Source: Desulfosudaceae bacterium | Lineage (GTDB): Bacteria > Desulfobacterota > Desulfobacteria > Desulfobacterales > Desulfosudaceae | Assembly (NCBI GenBank): GCA_963674745.2 | Contig: CAXXDV010000003.1 | Coordinates: forward strand, 928,001 to 992,000 | Reading direction: 5' to 3' | Length of the DNA stretch: 64,000 nt | Part shown: piece after piece, positions 1 to 9,674 of the stretch | Position numbering within the stretch: position 1 is the first letter of the stretch | How the letters are laid out: each line of letters starts with the position of its first letter | Notes under the pieces: generated by a model | Database searches by the model: none | Seen by the model: only the letters and a program-made list of their open reading frames with translations | Told to the model about the DNA's origin: nothing | Translations under genes and position numbers: made by a program

Positions 1-19
1 TACTCCAAAGATATGTTAT

Positions 20-45
20 CACGGATATTTCATGAAATATCCGTG
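20..45. repeat. 26-bp perfect palindrome, member of a dispersed TGAAATATCCGGG-type repeat family
   Basis: CACGGATATTTCATGAAATATCCGTG read directly; related sequences at 4231-4265, about 34440-34457 and about 34534-34548. Confidence 0.7.
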
Positions 46-77
46 TTAGGGCCATTTTACTGCTGAATATATTTTTA

Positions 78-548
78 TCAAGGGGAAAGTGCCAGAACAC
101 CCATCAGGTCTTCGGGAACAGTAGCGGAAAACAAGACCTCCCGCCTTTCCGGTTGCTTGACCAAAAGCATCAAGGTCGCGATGATTTCCAGGTAATGACC
201 GGCTGTCTCCTTTTGGGCCGAAGACGGGGAGCCGGGAATCCCGATCAGAAAAATCACCTTGACCGGCTCAGAATCAATGGCCTGCCATTCGAGGGGGTGC
301 CTGGCGATGCCTGGAATGATAAAAAAATCAGGCGTTTCACTGCATCTCCCATGGGGGATGGCAAGCCCCATGCCGATGCCGGTGCTGGACATGGCCTCTC
401 TTTGCATGACCGCTGCTTCGAACCGGTTTTTGGCTTTGACCAGGGAAAGGGCCGCGGCCCTATCGACCAGTCGCCGGATTACATCCGCTTTTTCGTTTTC
501 TTCCAGAAAGACGATGTGTTCGCGTTTTATGTAGGTTGTTAAGTCCAT
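78..548 (-). CDS. PTS sugar transporter subunit IIA (PtsN/fructose-type EIIA domain)
   Basis: QREAMSSTGIGMGLAIPHG motif with the phospho-His; PVKVIFLIG. Confidence 0.9.
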   Translation of the reverse strand: MDLTTYIKREHIVFLEENEKADVIRRLVDRAAALSLVKAKNRFEAAVMQREAMSSTGIGMGLAIPHGRCSETPDFFIIPGIARHPLEWQAIDSEPVKVIFLIGIPGSPSSAQKETAGHYLEIIATLMLLVKQPERREVLFSATVPEDLMGVLALSP

Positions 549-586
549 TGGTCATAAACTCGTCTTTTTTCGGCTGTTTGGGGACA

Positions 587-957
587 GTGGTTATGTGTTT
601 ATGTGATTAAGTGATTATGTGGTTAAGTGTTTAAGTGATTATGTGGTTAAGTGTTTACGTGATTATGTGGTTAAGTTTTAAAGTGTTAAGGTTTCAGCAT
701 TTTAGACCTTTGTAGTGTTCCGGCCTACATTATTCATGAACATTCTCCCCGGCCTGTAGGGGCAACCCCCTGTGGTTGCCCTTTACCGGTCAGGCACGGG
801 GGCCTGCCCCTACAACATTCGCCAGCGGCCTGCAGCTCATCAAACTGAAACCCTAAAAAATCCTAAGTCTTTAGTGCCTCTGCCTCGCATACCCTGAACC
901 CCATAACCACTTAACCCCATAACCACTAATCACATAACCACTTAAACACTTAATCAC
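587..957. repeat. Inverted pair of tandem octamer arrays (GTG[GAT]TTA[AT])n enclosing a REP-like doublet
   Basis: About 13 octamers at 587-690 and about 8 reverse-complement octamers at 894-957. Confidence 0.9.
755..814. repeat. REP-like doublet (GTAG...CTAC)
   Basis: TGTAGGGGCAACCCCCTGTGGTTGCCCT and CAGGCACGGGGGCCTGCCCCTACA, with the GTAG foot and GC-rich palindromes typical of REPs. Confidence 0.75.
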
Positions 958-1968
958 CTATCCTCCTTTGCCCCTGAATTCCTCATACCCCTGCCTGGCT
1001 TCAAGTTCTAACAAATCGCCTTGCTCTGAATACCGTGGCGAATAGTGAAACGTGATCAACCGTCCGGCATTGGCCCGGCCGGCTATTTCGCCTGCCTGGC
1101 GTGCGGTCAGATGAAATTTGGTTCTTGCCGTTTGTCTGTCCTCGTCCAGAAAGTGGGATTCAATGAACAGACAATCTGAATCTCTTGCAAAATCGATTAT
1201 TTTTTCGGCATTCGTCTCACTCCAGCCCACATCCGTAATATAAGTGATGGTTTGCCCCGGTGTAACAAGGGCAATCTTTTCGGCCAGGTCTTTGATCAGG
1301 AAGCGACGTATCTGTTGCCTGCCCGGTATGGGTATTTCAGTGTTTTCATCAAAATCGGTATAGAGCGTCTGCTTGAATGCCGTCAGCCAGGGCCCGGGTT
1401 CCAGACCGAGTTCGGTCAGCGCGTTTTTTTTGATGTTGATATGAAATTTTTCATTCAAACGGAATCCCAGGCAGGGTATATCGTGATCAAGGATGATCGC
1501 CGAAACAGAAAAGCCCGGTTCCGACAGCAACATGCCGCTGAACGGTCTGTGGGAAACCGGGTTTCCGGCATAAAAACGTTCCCGGCACTCGTATGTTCGT
1601 GTACGGATTTCCTCCCGGCGGACTTCCGTGGCAAAAATCGTCAGGCTTTCGGCGTAGTTCTGGGTCAGGTTCCAGGTATAACCGGCCAGTTTGCCTTCAA
1701 TATTGTCCAGAAAATCTTCCGGGCCGAAGAGATGAATGTTTTTGTTGCGTCCCAGTGTCAGCCGGAGAAGCCGGTCGAAACCGGCGAAATGGTCCATGTG
1801 GGTATGGGTGATAAAACCGTGACTAATTTTCAGAATTTCCTTGGGGGAAAGTGCGTGAATGTCTCCCAGGTCAAATATAATGGCACGGTTATCAAAAATG
1901 AAATTAATATACAGGCAGGCGTCGTGAAACGAATCGTTCACGAGAAACGGTTGGAAGGTCGGTCGCAT
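958..1968 (-). CDS. rnz: Ribonuclease Z-like metallo-beta-lactamase fold hydrolase
   Basis: THTHMDHF (HxHxDH), LGLEPGPW exosite-like segment, YITDV, FHLTARQAG, FHYSPRY. Confidence 0.8.
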   Translation of the reverse strand: MRPTFQPFLVNDSFHDACLYINFIFDNRAIIFDLGDIHALSPKEILKISHGFITHTHMDHFAGFDRLLRLTLGRNKNIHLFGPEDFLDNIEGKLAGYTWNLTQNYAESLTIFATEVRREEIRTRTYECRERFYAGNPVSHRPFSGMLLSEPGFSVSAIILDHDIPCLGFRLNEKFHINIKKNALTELGLEPGPWLTAFKQTLYTDFDENTEIPIPGRQQIRRFLIKDLAEKIALVTPGQTITYITDVGWSETNAEKIIDFARDSDCLFIESHFLDEDRQTARTKFHLTARQAGEIAGRANAGRLITFHYSPRYSEQGDLLELEARQGYEEFRGKGG

Positions 1969-1977
1969 GGGTGGTCT

Positions 1978-2397
1978 TTATGGGATATGTTTTTTCACCT
2001 GCATGCTGATACAGGAATAAATATCTTCATCAGAACCATAAATATCAACCGTATCCTTGTGATTGATGACTTTTTCAATGACAAAGGCGGTCACATATAA
2101 AGCGACTATGTTGGGGTTGACGGTCAGATCGCGGAACGGCGCCACGCAGAAATCAATATCAAAATCATCGGCGCGGGTCAGTTTTTCCAGGCAGCCGTGG
2201 ATCATTTCTTCCAGGCTGTTCTGGTTGGACGTCTCCACGAAACCGCTTTCTACCAGTTTGGACGTTATGCTGGTTGCCAGCTTGTCTTCCACATCCCTGA
2301 CACGCGAAATGGTCGAGCGGCGTTCAAAACCCTTGGAGGATTCGATCCTTGACAGCAGTTGTGATTCCCTGTTGCCTTTAAAAAAGGTTTTTCCCAT
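1978..2397 (-). CDS. Hypothetical protein, probably conserved
   Basis: 139-aa ORF with AAGGAAG RBS, 9 nt upstream of the rnz-like gene, protein-like composition. Confidence 0.75.
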   Translation of the reverse strand: MGKTFFKGNRESQLLSRIESSKGFERRSTISRVRDVEDKLATSITSKLVESGFVETSNQNSLEEMIHGCLEKLTRADDFDIDFCVAPFRDLTVNPNIVALYVTAFVIEKVINHKDTVDIYGSDEDIYSCISMQVKKHIP

Positions 2398-2532
2398 GAT
2401 ATGTCTTCCTTATCATAAAACCGGTAGTATATAAATTGTCAAACAATGGTCACCATAAAGGGGGACAATGTTTATTGCAAGGAAAAACTTATGGGTATCC
2501 CAGGAAAAAATATTGGCGATGGTTTATTCTTT

Positions 2533-2561
2533 TTGCATGCTGTAGTATGGTCTGGTATAAC
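2533..2561 (+). promoter_or_regulatory. Sigma70-type promoter of the Trm112-DUF4416-yicC operon
   Basis: TTGCAT-17 nt-TATAAC with extended -10 TG. Confidence 0.5.
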
Positions 2562-2606
2562 GACACCCACCATTTAACCGATACATTTTTTTGACAAGAG
2601 GTGATT

Positions 2607-2780
2607 ATGGCGGTCAAACAGGAATTACTGGACATCCTTGCCTGCCCCAAATGCAAGGGGGATATCAGTATGGATGAGACCGGCAACTGGCTGATCTGTG
2701 AAGCCTGCCGATTAAAATACGAGGTCAGGGATGATATTCCCATCCTGCTTATAGATGAAGCCTCGCCCCTGGATGGTTAA
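2607..2780 (+). CDS. Trm112 family protein (57 aa, absent from the ORF track)
   Basis: Manual translation MAVKQELLDILACPKCKGDISMDETGNWLICEACRLKYEVRDDIPILLIDEASPLDG; GAGGTG RBS. Confidence 0.92.
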   Translation: MAVKQELLDILACPKCKGDISMDETGNWLICEACRLKYEVRDDIPILLIDEASPLDG

Positions 2781-2782
2781 AG

Positions 2783-3340
2783 ATGAGCACACCCGGACGC
2801 CCGGACCCGGCCAGGCTGGTTATCGGCTTTTTTACGGGCCGGAAGGATTTGCTGGATACGGTTGTCCGTGATCTGGAAGCGCAACTGGGCCCGGTAGACC
2901 TGGTCAGCCGGTGGTTTGATTTTGATTTTACGTCATATTATAGCGCCGAATTCGGCGCTCCTTTGTTCAGACGGATGGTTTCTTTCCAACGGTTGATCCA
3001 ACAGGCAGACCTGGCCGGTATTAAACGCCTCACCAATGATATCGAATTAAAATACAGCCGGGACGATAAACGGCAAATCAATATCGACCCCGGGTACCTG
3101 CTTCGGGAACGGTTCGTGCTGGCAACGGGTAAGAATTTCGCGCACCGGATTTATATCGGTGAGGGGATTTACGCCGATCTCACCCTGGTGTATTATAAAA
3201 ATGCGTTTCAAACACTTCCCTGGACCTACCCGGATTATGCTGAAGTCACCATGCAGTCTTTTTTAACGCAGGTCAGGAACCGTTATATTGTTGATTTAAA
3301 AACCAAACAGAAAGAGATGCCGAACAGGGAAAAATCATGA
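2783..3340 (+). CDS. DUF4416 family protein
   Basis: FDFTSYY, RQINIDPGYL, LATGKNFAHRIY and PWTYPDY motifs; typical neighbour of yicC. Confidence 0.88.
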   Translation: MSTPGRPDPARLVIGFFTGRKDLLDTVVRDLEAQLGPVDLVSRWFDFDFTSYYSAEFGAPLFRRMVSFQRLIQQADLAGIKRLTNDIELKYSRDDKRQINIDPGYLLRERFVLATGKNFAHRIYIGEGIYADLTLVYYKNAFQTLPWTYPDYAEVTMQSFLTQVRNRYIVDLKTKQKEMPNREKS

Positions 3341-4221
3341 TCCGAAGCATGACCGCTTTTGCCAAGAACCAGATTGAACAGGAAGGTTTCACCGTTGGTT
3401 GTGAAGTGAGAACCTATAACAGCCGTTATCTCGATGTGAGTGTCCGTCTGCCGGCCATGTACCGGCATTATGAAAACAACATTAAAAAGCTGATCTCAAA
3501 TAATATTCAGCGTGGAAGAGTCGAGACGACCTTATACATCAATGATCAGCGTGATGATCACGCCGTACGCTACGCAGTGGATACGGCCAAGGCCACCGGT
3601 TATTACAAGGCACTGACGCAGTTAAATGCTGCGCTTGGGATCAGCGCCCCGATTCCCCTGGACCTGGTTGCCCGCACCGATGGTGTGATTACCCCCGTTG
3701 AGCCGGATGCGCCGGGGGCGTTCGAGTGGCAATGTATCAGCCAGACGCTTGAAACAGCACTTGCAGAATTGAATGTGATGCGTCAGAAGGAAGGCGCCTT
3801 TCTTGCGGCAGATCTGTCGGCACGAATCGATACGCTTGAAACCATCGTAGCGTTTGTCAAAGATCAGAGCGATGACCTGATGTCGGATTTTTACCAGCGG
3901 ATAAAAGAGCGGGTTTCCGGATTGATCGGTGACATGATTGAGATTGATGAGGCCCGAATCGCCCAGGAGGCGGCCTTTTACGTAGACAAAGCCGATATTT
4001 CGGAAGAAATCGTCAGGGCTGAAAGTCATATCGAGCAGTTCCGCAAGGCGATGGATGATGATCTGCCCTGTGGCCGGAAGCTTAATTTTCTGCTCCAGGA
4101 GTTTAACCGTGAGTTTAATACCATGGGGTCAAAAACCGGGAGCCCGGAGGTGTCTGAGAAGGTCGTTACGGCCAAGATTGAGCTTGAGAAGCTGCGGGAA
4201 CAGGTGCAGAACGTGGAATAA
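3337..4221 (+). CDS. yicC: YicC/YloC family endoribonuclease
   Basis: MIRSMTAF start, NSRYLD, DISEEIVR, GRKLNFLLQEFNREFNTMGSK, EKLREQVQNVE end. Confidence 0.95.
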   Translation: MIRSMTAFAKNQIEQEGFTVGCEVRTYNSRYLDVSVRLPAMYRHYENNIKKLISNNIQRGRVETTLYINDQRDDHAVRYAVDTAKATGYYKALTQLNAALGISAPIPLDLVARTDGVITPVEPDAPGAFEWQCISQTLETALAELNVMRQKEGAFLAADLSARIDTLETIVAFVKDQSDDLMSDFYQRIKERVSGLIGDMIEIDEARIAQEAAFYVDKADISEEIVRAESHIEQFRKAMDDDLPCGRKLNFLLQEFNREFNTMGSKTGSPEVSEKVVTAKIELEKLREQVQNVE

Positions 4222-4306
4222 CGCGCGACCTTAACCCGAAAGATGTCATGGCATATCCGGGTTAAATTTCCGGGCCGGGACAGCCCGGGGGGGAAGGAGG
4301 GGGAAG

Positions 4307-5164
4307 ATGACGCTGTTAAAAGGGAAAAAAGCGATTGTGACCGGTGCTGCCATGGGGGTCGGACTGGCCACGGCCAGGCGCCTTCTTGACGAGGGCTGCG
4401 ATGTGACCATCTGGGACATCAACGAATCCGCCCTGGCAGAAGCTGAAAAAACACTGCAAACCGTTTCAGGCGGACGCCTGTTCGCCTATCCCGCTGATGT
4501 GGCAGACCGGGAGCGGTTGCTTTCTCTGGTGGAAAAAGCCCGGCAGGACATGGGGCGGATCGACATTCTCGTCAACAACGCGGCTTTCGTCAGAACCGGC
4601 TTTTTCTGCGATCGGCCCGTAGAAGACGCTGTCCGGCAGATGGACGTGAACGTAAACTCTTTATTTTACACCATTCACGCGGTATTGCCTGAAATGCTCG
4701 AACGGGACTCGGGCCACATTGTGAATGTGTCTTCAGGTGTCGCTTTTGTCAGCACGCCCGGCCTGGCGGCATATGCGACATCAAAATGGGCCACCTGGGG
4801 CCTGACCGATGTGCTGCGAATGGAAGCACTGGCGCTGGGTAAAAAGGGTGTCCGTTTCACTTCCGTTCATCCCGGGAATATCGTTTCCGGCATGTTCGAA
4901 GGCTTTAAACTTAACCGGCTGGGGGCGATTCTGGTACCCCCGGTTAAAGATCACGATGTCATTGCCCGGGCCATCGTCGAAAGTGGATTGAAACGCGGGC
5001 AACTGGTTGTTGCCCGTCCCCGCACCTTGAAAATAGCCGTTGCCATGCGCGGTTTGATACCGGATCGCCTCGGTATCCGACTGGCCTTTTTACTGGGTGC
5101 CAGGGATTGTGTGCGTGAGTACAAAGGCCGGCAGGGGCATATTCATTGTTTTGATGACGAATAG
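4307..5164 (+). CDS. Short-chain dehydrogenase/reductase
   Basis: TGAAMGVG Rossmann motif, LVNNAA, YATSK (YxxxK). Confidence 0.92.
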   Translation: MTLLKGKKAIVTGAAMGVGLATARRLLDEGCDVTIWDINESALAEAEKTLQTVSGGRLFAYPADVADRERLLSLVEKARQDMGRIDILVNNAAFVRTGFFCDRPVEDAVRQMDVNVNSLFYTIHAVLPEMLERDSGHIVNVSSGVAFVSTPGLAAYATSKWATWGLTDVLRMEALALGKKGVRFTSVHPGNIVSGMFEGFKLNRLGAILVPPVKDHDVIARAIVESGLKRGQLVVARPRTLKIAVAMRGLIPDRLGIRLAFLLGARDCVREYKGRQGHIHCFDDE

Positions 5165-5179
5165 ATGCAGGGGGGGGAA

Positions 5180-5449
5180 ATGCCGCAGAAACTGTTAAAT
5201 ATCGGCTTTGGTAATCACATTGTGGCTGAAGCGGTGGTCGCCATTATTTCTCCCAATTCCGCGCCGGTTAAAAGAATGAGGAATGAAGCCGCCGAGCAAG
5301 GGCGCCTGGTAGACGCCACCCAGGGACGAAAAACGCGGTCTATTATCGTGATGTCGAGCAATCATGTGGTTCTGTCAGCCGTCAATCCGGATACGATTTC
5401 CATGCGCTTTGCGGCCCTGAACGGGCAGGGGTTGGTCGTTCAGGAGTAA
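5180..5449 (+). CDS. remA: DUF370/RemA family protein
   Basis: [32 protein letters not shown]; start set at ATG 5180 after a G-rich RBS (ORF opens at 5165). Confidence 0.92.
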   Translation: MPQKLLNIGFGNHIVAEAVVAIISPNSAPVKRMRNEAAEQGRLVDATQGRKTRSIIVMSSNHVVLSAVNPDTISMRFAALNGQGLVVQE

Positions 5450-5470
5450 ATCGGCGAAGAAAGGCGGATT

Positions 5471-6088
5471 ATGATGACTCCGAATCATTCTGCAGTTACC
5501 TGGAAGGGGCGGACCGGCGGACAGCGGCGAGGGAGACTGTTTATTGTTTCAGCCCCGTCCGGGGCCGGCAAGACGACTTTATGCGCCGGCCTTCTGGAAC
5601 GAATGCCGGATATGGCCCGTTCCGTGTCATATACCACCCGGGAACCAAGGCCCGGTGAAAAACACGGCCTTGATTATTTTTTTATTGATGAAGACACGTT
5701 CCGCAATGGAATTGATGCCGGTCGTTGGGTTGAATGGGCTCGTGTTCACGAGAACTACTACGGGACAGCCGCGGATACCATCGAACAGTCTCTGGTAGAC
5801 GGTATTGACATGATACTCAACATCGATGTCCAGGGTGCCGACCAGATCTCTGCCCGGTTTCCGGATTGCGTGCGGATTTTTATCATGCCGCCGTCTCTTG
5901 AAGAGTTGAAAAGACGCCTGGAAAACAGGGGCGGTGATGATGAGGCGGCCATGAAAGTCCGGATGGCCGCGGCAGAAAAGGAAATGGCACGTAAAGACAA
6001 CTACCAGCATGTGCTCGTCAATGATGATCTTGACCGGGCAATTGAAGAACTGACCCATATCGTTTCCGGCTATCGGACATCTTCCTGA
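5471..6088 (+). CDS. gmk: Guanylate kinase
   Basis: SAPSGAGKTT P-loop, SYTTREPRPGE, NYYGT, IDVQGA. Confidence 0.96.
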   Translation: MMTPNHSAVTWKGRTGGQRRGRLFIVSAPSGAGKTTLCAGLLERMPDMARSVSYTTREPRPGEKHGLDYFFIDEDTFRNGIDAGRWVEWARVHENYYGTAADTIEQSLVDGIDMILNIDVQGADQISARFPDCVRIFIMPPSLEELKRRLENRGGDDEAAMKVRMAAAEKEMARKDNYQHVLVNDDLDRAIEELTHIVSGYRTSS

Positions 6089-6169
6089 CCGGCAAAGTTC
6101 ATTCCAATATCTTAAGGCCACCTCTAAAAATTATTTTTAGCGCGAATAGTTTAATAGGTTTTTCCGGGT

Positions 6170-7228
6170 TTATTTTTTTGCTTGTTTCAACCTGGAAACA
6201 GCATGTGGTAATATTACTTCTGCAGTTAAACGGCATCCCTCTTCATTGGCATGAATATGATCAATATATAATGGTAAGTTCGCGTCGATAAAGGGGGTGA
6301 TCAGATTGACACAATCGATATGTTCTTGCGCACAAATTCTGGTGGTATTCGTTTGATAACTCAAAAACCGATTTAACCGGTTGGCAATCTGGATCTGGTA
6401 AGGCCAGATAATATAGATAAAACCTATGTTTTTCTGGTCGCAAAGACGTTTCATTTCTTTGATTGTTTCCTGATATTCCGTCCCGGAAAGCCTGTAACCG
6501 GGGTTGTTACCTTTTAAGTAGTGCCGTATCGCATAGAGAACATTCTGGAAAGCTTGACGGGATAAATAATACAACCGGCTGTCTTTTAATAATGGTTCCT
6601 GTTGCGCAATGTCCATCCGGCGTGCGACTTCAATGTCGGACAATCCGTCCCAGTATTCATGGTCACCAAAACCGAAGCACGCAATTACCAGGTCTGGATT
6701 GAGATTTTCCCGATTTTTTTCGAGGAACCTTTTACCTTGAAATGCTGAATAACCGGGCACACCGGCATTAACAACAGTTGCTTTCACACCCTGTTGATTG
6801 AGCAGTAATTGCAATTGCGCCGGCCATGAATCACCGTCATTAACGCCTAGGCCAAACGTGCAGGAATCGCCGAGGGCTAAAACGATTTTCCCTTCTTTGT
6901 CAGGTGAACTCGCCGGTGACCTTAAATGATTATTCGTTGTTACAGAAAAACACAGTTGTTTCCCAAATACATGGCCTTTAATATGAAAGCGTTTCAGGTC
7001 CTTTTTCAGTCGCCAGAAGAGAAAAGGGTCAAACTCAATTGCTTCGTTTAACTCAGATAAGCCGACAAAATCAACCGTTTTCATGTTCTGCTCAAGCATC
7101 CATGAAAGCTGTTTTGGTTCGCCGTAAAATCTGGCAAAAAGTTCTCCTAGTGAAAGGGTTATGAACAGTACCAGAAACCATTGAAGGACTTTTTGCCAGA
7201 ACGCTTTTCTAGTATGGATTATTGACAT
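6170..7228 (-). CDS. SGNH/GDSL hydrolase family protein with N-terminal membrane anchor
   Basis: LGDSCTFG block I, NAGVPGY block II, DHIHAN block V. Confidence 0.85.
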   Translation of the reverse strand: MSIIHTRKAFWQKVLQWFLVLFITLSLGELFARFYGEPKQLSWMLEQNMKTVDFVGLSELNEAIEFDPFLFWRLKKDLKRFHIKGHVFGKQLCFSVTTNNHLRSPASSPDKEGKIVLALGDSCTFGLGVNDGDSWPAQLQLLLNQQGVKATVVNAGVPGYSAFQGKRFLEKNRENLNPDLVIACFGFGDHEYWDGLSDIEVARRMDIAQQEPLLKDSRLYYLSRQAFQNVLYAIRHYLKGNNPGYRLSGTEYQETIKEMKRLCDQKNIGFIYIIWPYQIQIANRLNRFLSYQTNTTRICAQEHIDCVNLITPFIDANLPLYIDHIHANEEGCRLTAEVILPHAVSRLKQAKK

Positions 7229-7387
7229 CGCAGTCCGGTTCCGATGGACATATTCAGTGTTTATGTTTATTCAATCCAAACTCTATCGAGTCTATGTTTG
7301 ATACTTTTTATTGCCAAGCGCTTTCATTTTTGAACGGTTATTTTAAAATTCGTTTTTAGACACTAATGCGTCATGAACAACGAAGAG

Positions 7388-8863
7388 TCATTCCTTAAGA
7401 TCAAACAGCGCCCAATTATCATCGACATACAACAAGCGGACTCCAGGAGTAGCGTTAAGCTGTAACAGCAGGAGATGATTTTTCGGTTCGTTACTGCCGA
7501 TCAGAAAATCAGATCCGAACCTGGAACGAATTATTTCGGCAGCGTCCGGTGGGGGGCGGAAGATCAGCTGTTTCCACAGGGAATAGCGTTCGGGATCTTT
7601 TGCGGAAAAAAAAGTAGGATCAAGCGCCACCAAAAAATATCTGTCCGGCAACTCCAGCATGAACCTTCCTGTTCGATCCCATTCAGTGGTGAAGATATGT
7701 GCCCCGACAGGGATTTGGCTGCGCATTACCTTTGCCAGCATAGGCGAAACTTCATCTTGTCTGGTTGCCAACGAGGAAACGATCCAGGGCGATGCCTTTA
7801 CGCCAAACAGCAAAGAACATGCGATTGATAAGATCATCAACGTTTGAGGAAGATAGTGCCATTGTATACGACGTGATGCCAGCGCCATGGTGACGACCGA
7901 GAATGGAGTGAAATAGTCGGCGAACTTTCCCGACCTAAGCGTGAGTATAGCAAAAATCAGGGTTGCCACTGCAAACGCTAGGGTTGTATCATCATGCCGC
8001 CGGTCGCGCCAAGCAACAATACTACCGCTGATCCCCATAACTACCGTTGCCGGCATCCAGGCCAACCACTGTGACCATGAAAAAGCGTGTAGCTCCATAC
8101 CCATGATCATCCTGTCATGCCCGCCCAAGGTGTTTTTGACAAACATTTCCATCATATTGACCCAGCTGATACCTAAAAGATTGACGGAATTGGGGTGAAG
8201 CATCACTCCAACCGATATGCCCAATGTTACTGTCGTGGCCGGTTTCCAGCGCAACTGTCTTCCGGAAAACAGTCGTGCCGCCTCAGCGCTGAAAAGAACA
8301 ATAGCCGGAAGTTGCCAGAATGCCACATAAATCCATGGAAACAGCAACGCAACGATACCCAAAATTGCATGGCGCTGCTTTGCGGCAGCCCATAGCATGA
8401 TAACGGTCAGGCCGATGACCAGAACATACGGCCGCACAACAGCCATTCGAAGTAGAAAAAGAGTTGAAGCGGTCAATGGCAGAAATGCCCAGAGCCCCGG
8501 ATTCCAGACATCTTCGGTACGGAGAACCAGGTAGAAAGAAAAAAGAGTCAAGGTTGTCGCTATTGCGCCGATTATTTTCGACGCGGTCACCCAATTAAAG
8601 CGATTAAGTGGTACAAACAACAGGTGAAAAAGCAGTTCCTTATCCGCATAGTTATCATTAAGCCAACTGAATTCTGTCCAGGGAAAAGAGTGAAGGATAC
8701 CGTGTTGTGCGATCAGGCGTCCGACAGCAACATGGTAGGCGGTATCATCGTCAAACGGTACCGCAGTATAGCACTGCAGAGCAGAAGCAACAGATATGAA
8801 CAGCACCAGCCACAGAACTACCGGATAAATCGATTTTGATTTCGTGCCGGGATGTTTATTCAT
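7388..8863 (-). CDS. Polytopic membrane protein, probable GT-C fold glycosyltransferase
   Basis: Many hydrophobic segments; DDDTAYH acidic motif after the first TM; periplasmic C-terminal tail ending WALFDL. Confidence 0.6.
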   Translation of the reverse strand: MNKHPGTKSKSIYPVVLWLVLFISVASALQCYTAVPFDDDTAYHVAVGRLIAQHGILHSFPWTEFSWLNDNYADKELLFHLLFVPLNRFNWVTASKIIGAIATTLTLFSFYLVLRTEDVWNPGLWAFLPLTASTLFLLRMAVVRPYVLVIGLTVIMLWAAAKQRHAILGIVALLFPWIYVAFWQLPAIVLFSAEAARLFSGRQLRWKPATTVTLGISVGVMLHPNSVNLLGISWVNMMEMFVKNTLGGHDRMIMGMELHAFSWSQWLAWMPATVVMGISGSIVAWRDRRHDDTTLAFAVATLIFAILTLRSGKFADYFTPFSVVTMALASRRIQWHYLPQTLMILSIACSLLFGVKASPWIVSSLATRQDEVSPMLAKVMRSQIPVGAHIFTTEWDRTGRFMLELPDRYFLVALDPTFFSAKDPERYSLWKQLIFRPPPDAAEIIRSRFGSDFLIGSNEPKNHLLLLQLNATPGVRLLYVDDNWALFDLKE

Positions 8864-9530
8864 TCCGATCTTCTTGTCTTTTTAAAAAAGACGATATATT
8901 CAAGTCCTGCTCTGACTGATGTTATTCACCAACTTTCCGCCTTGTCACCTTCTTAGCTCTCGATGAAAATCATTCATAGATCGTATTGATTTTAGAAACA
9001 TATCATGAAGTAGCGGCCTGCTCAAATATATTTCATGTTTCATTGTCTGCAATACTTTCATGCAGATCGCTAACGATTGATGCTATTACGTTAACAGTAC
9101 GCGCTAATGAATACGCCAATATTTTTACTTGTCGTAAAAGGCTTTAATATCAATGCGCATCACGCACCAGGCGGATATAATTAAAAACACACTTTTGTTC
9201 AACTTTTCAAATCGTTCATACCAGCCCAAAAAACCTGTTTGCATCATTACTTTTTTCTTCTCAATCCCTCTATTTGTTGAGGATTATTATAATATATGAT
9301 GGATTTTATGAACATTAATAACCGATCAATATTTTAGAGAAATCCTTTATTCTTCACCAAGGCGCATTATTTAATTCGTTACAGAATGCGTGCGAAATAC
9401 GTAACCATGAATCCGGTTAAACTCAACCCTGCGGTTGTCCGATGCCTCAGCCATACGTTGATCTGATTCCCATCCAAACGCTCACATTTTAACGAGAGCG
9501 TCAATTTCTTCGGGTGCCCGTAAAAAATCC

Positions 9531-9579
9531 TTGACAGGTCGTATCCATAGGGTTAATAATTTCTCCATCAAATGATGGA
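9531..9579 (+). promoter_or_regulatory. Sigma70 promoter with a downstream palindromic operator (candidate TetR site)
   Basis: TTGACA at 9531 with TAATAA/TAATAAT about 17 nt later, then the palindrome TCCATCAAATGATGGA. Confidence 0.55.
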
Positions 9580-9674
9580 AGCATAGGTTTGGATACGGCT
9601 TATGGAAACAATCGTTGAGTTTTTTGCAGTCCTGTCAAACGGCGTTTTATGTAACGATAATCGGAGACAACCAC

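Noticed and set aside
587..690. CRISPR array
   Set aside because: The units are contiguous 8-mers with no unique spacers, and there are no cas genes in the window
2489..2743. 84-aa minus-strand ORF
   Set aside because: Overlaps the Trm112 gene on the plus strand, which has a clear family motif and RBS
5162..5179. Amber read-through fusion of SDR and remA
   Set aside because: Both proteins are complete on their own, and remA has its own RBS and ATG at 5180
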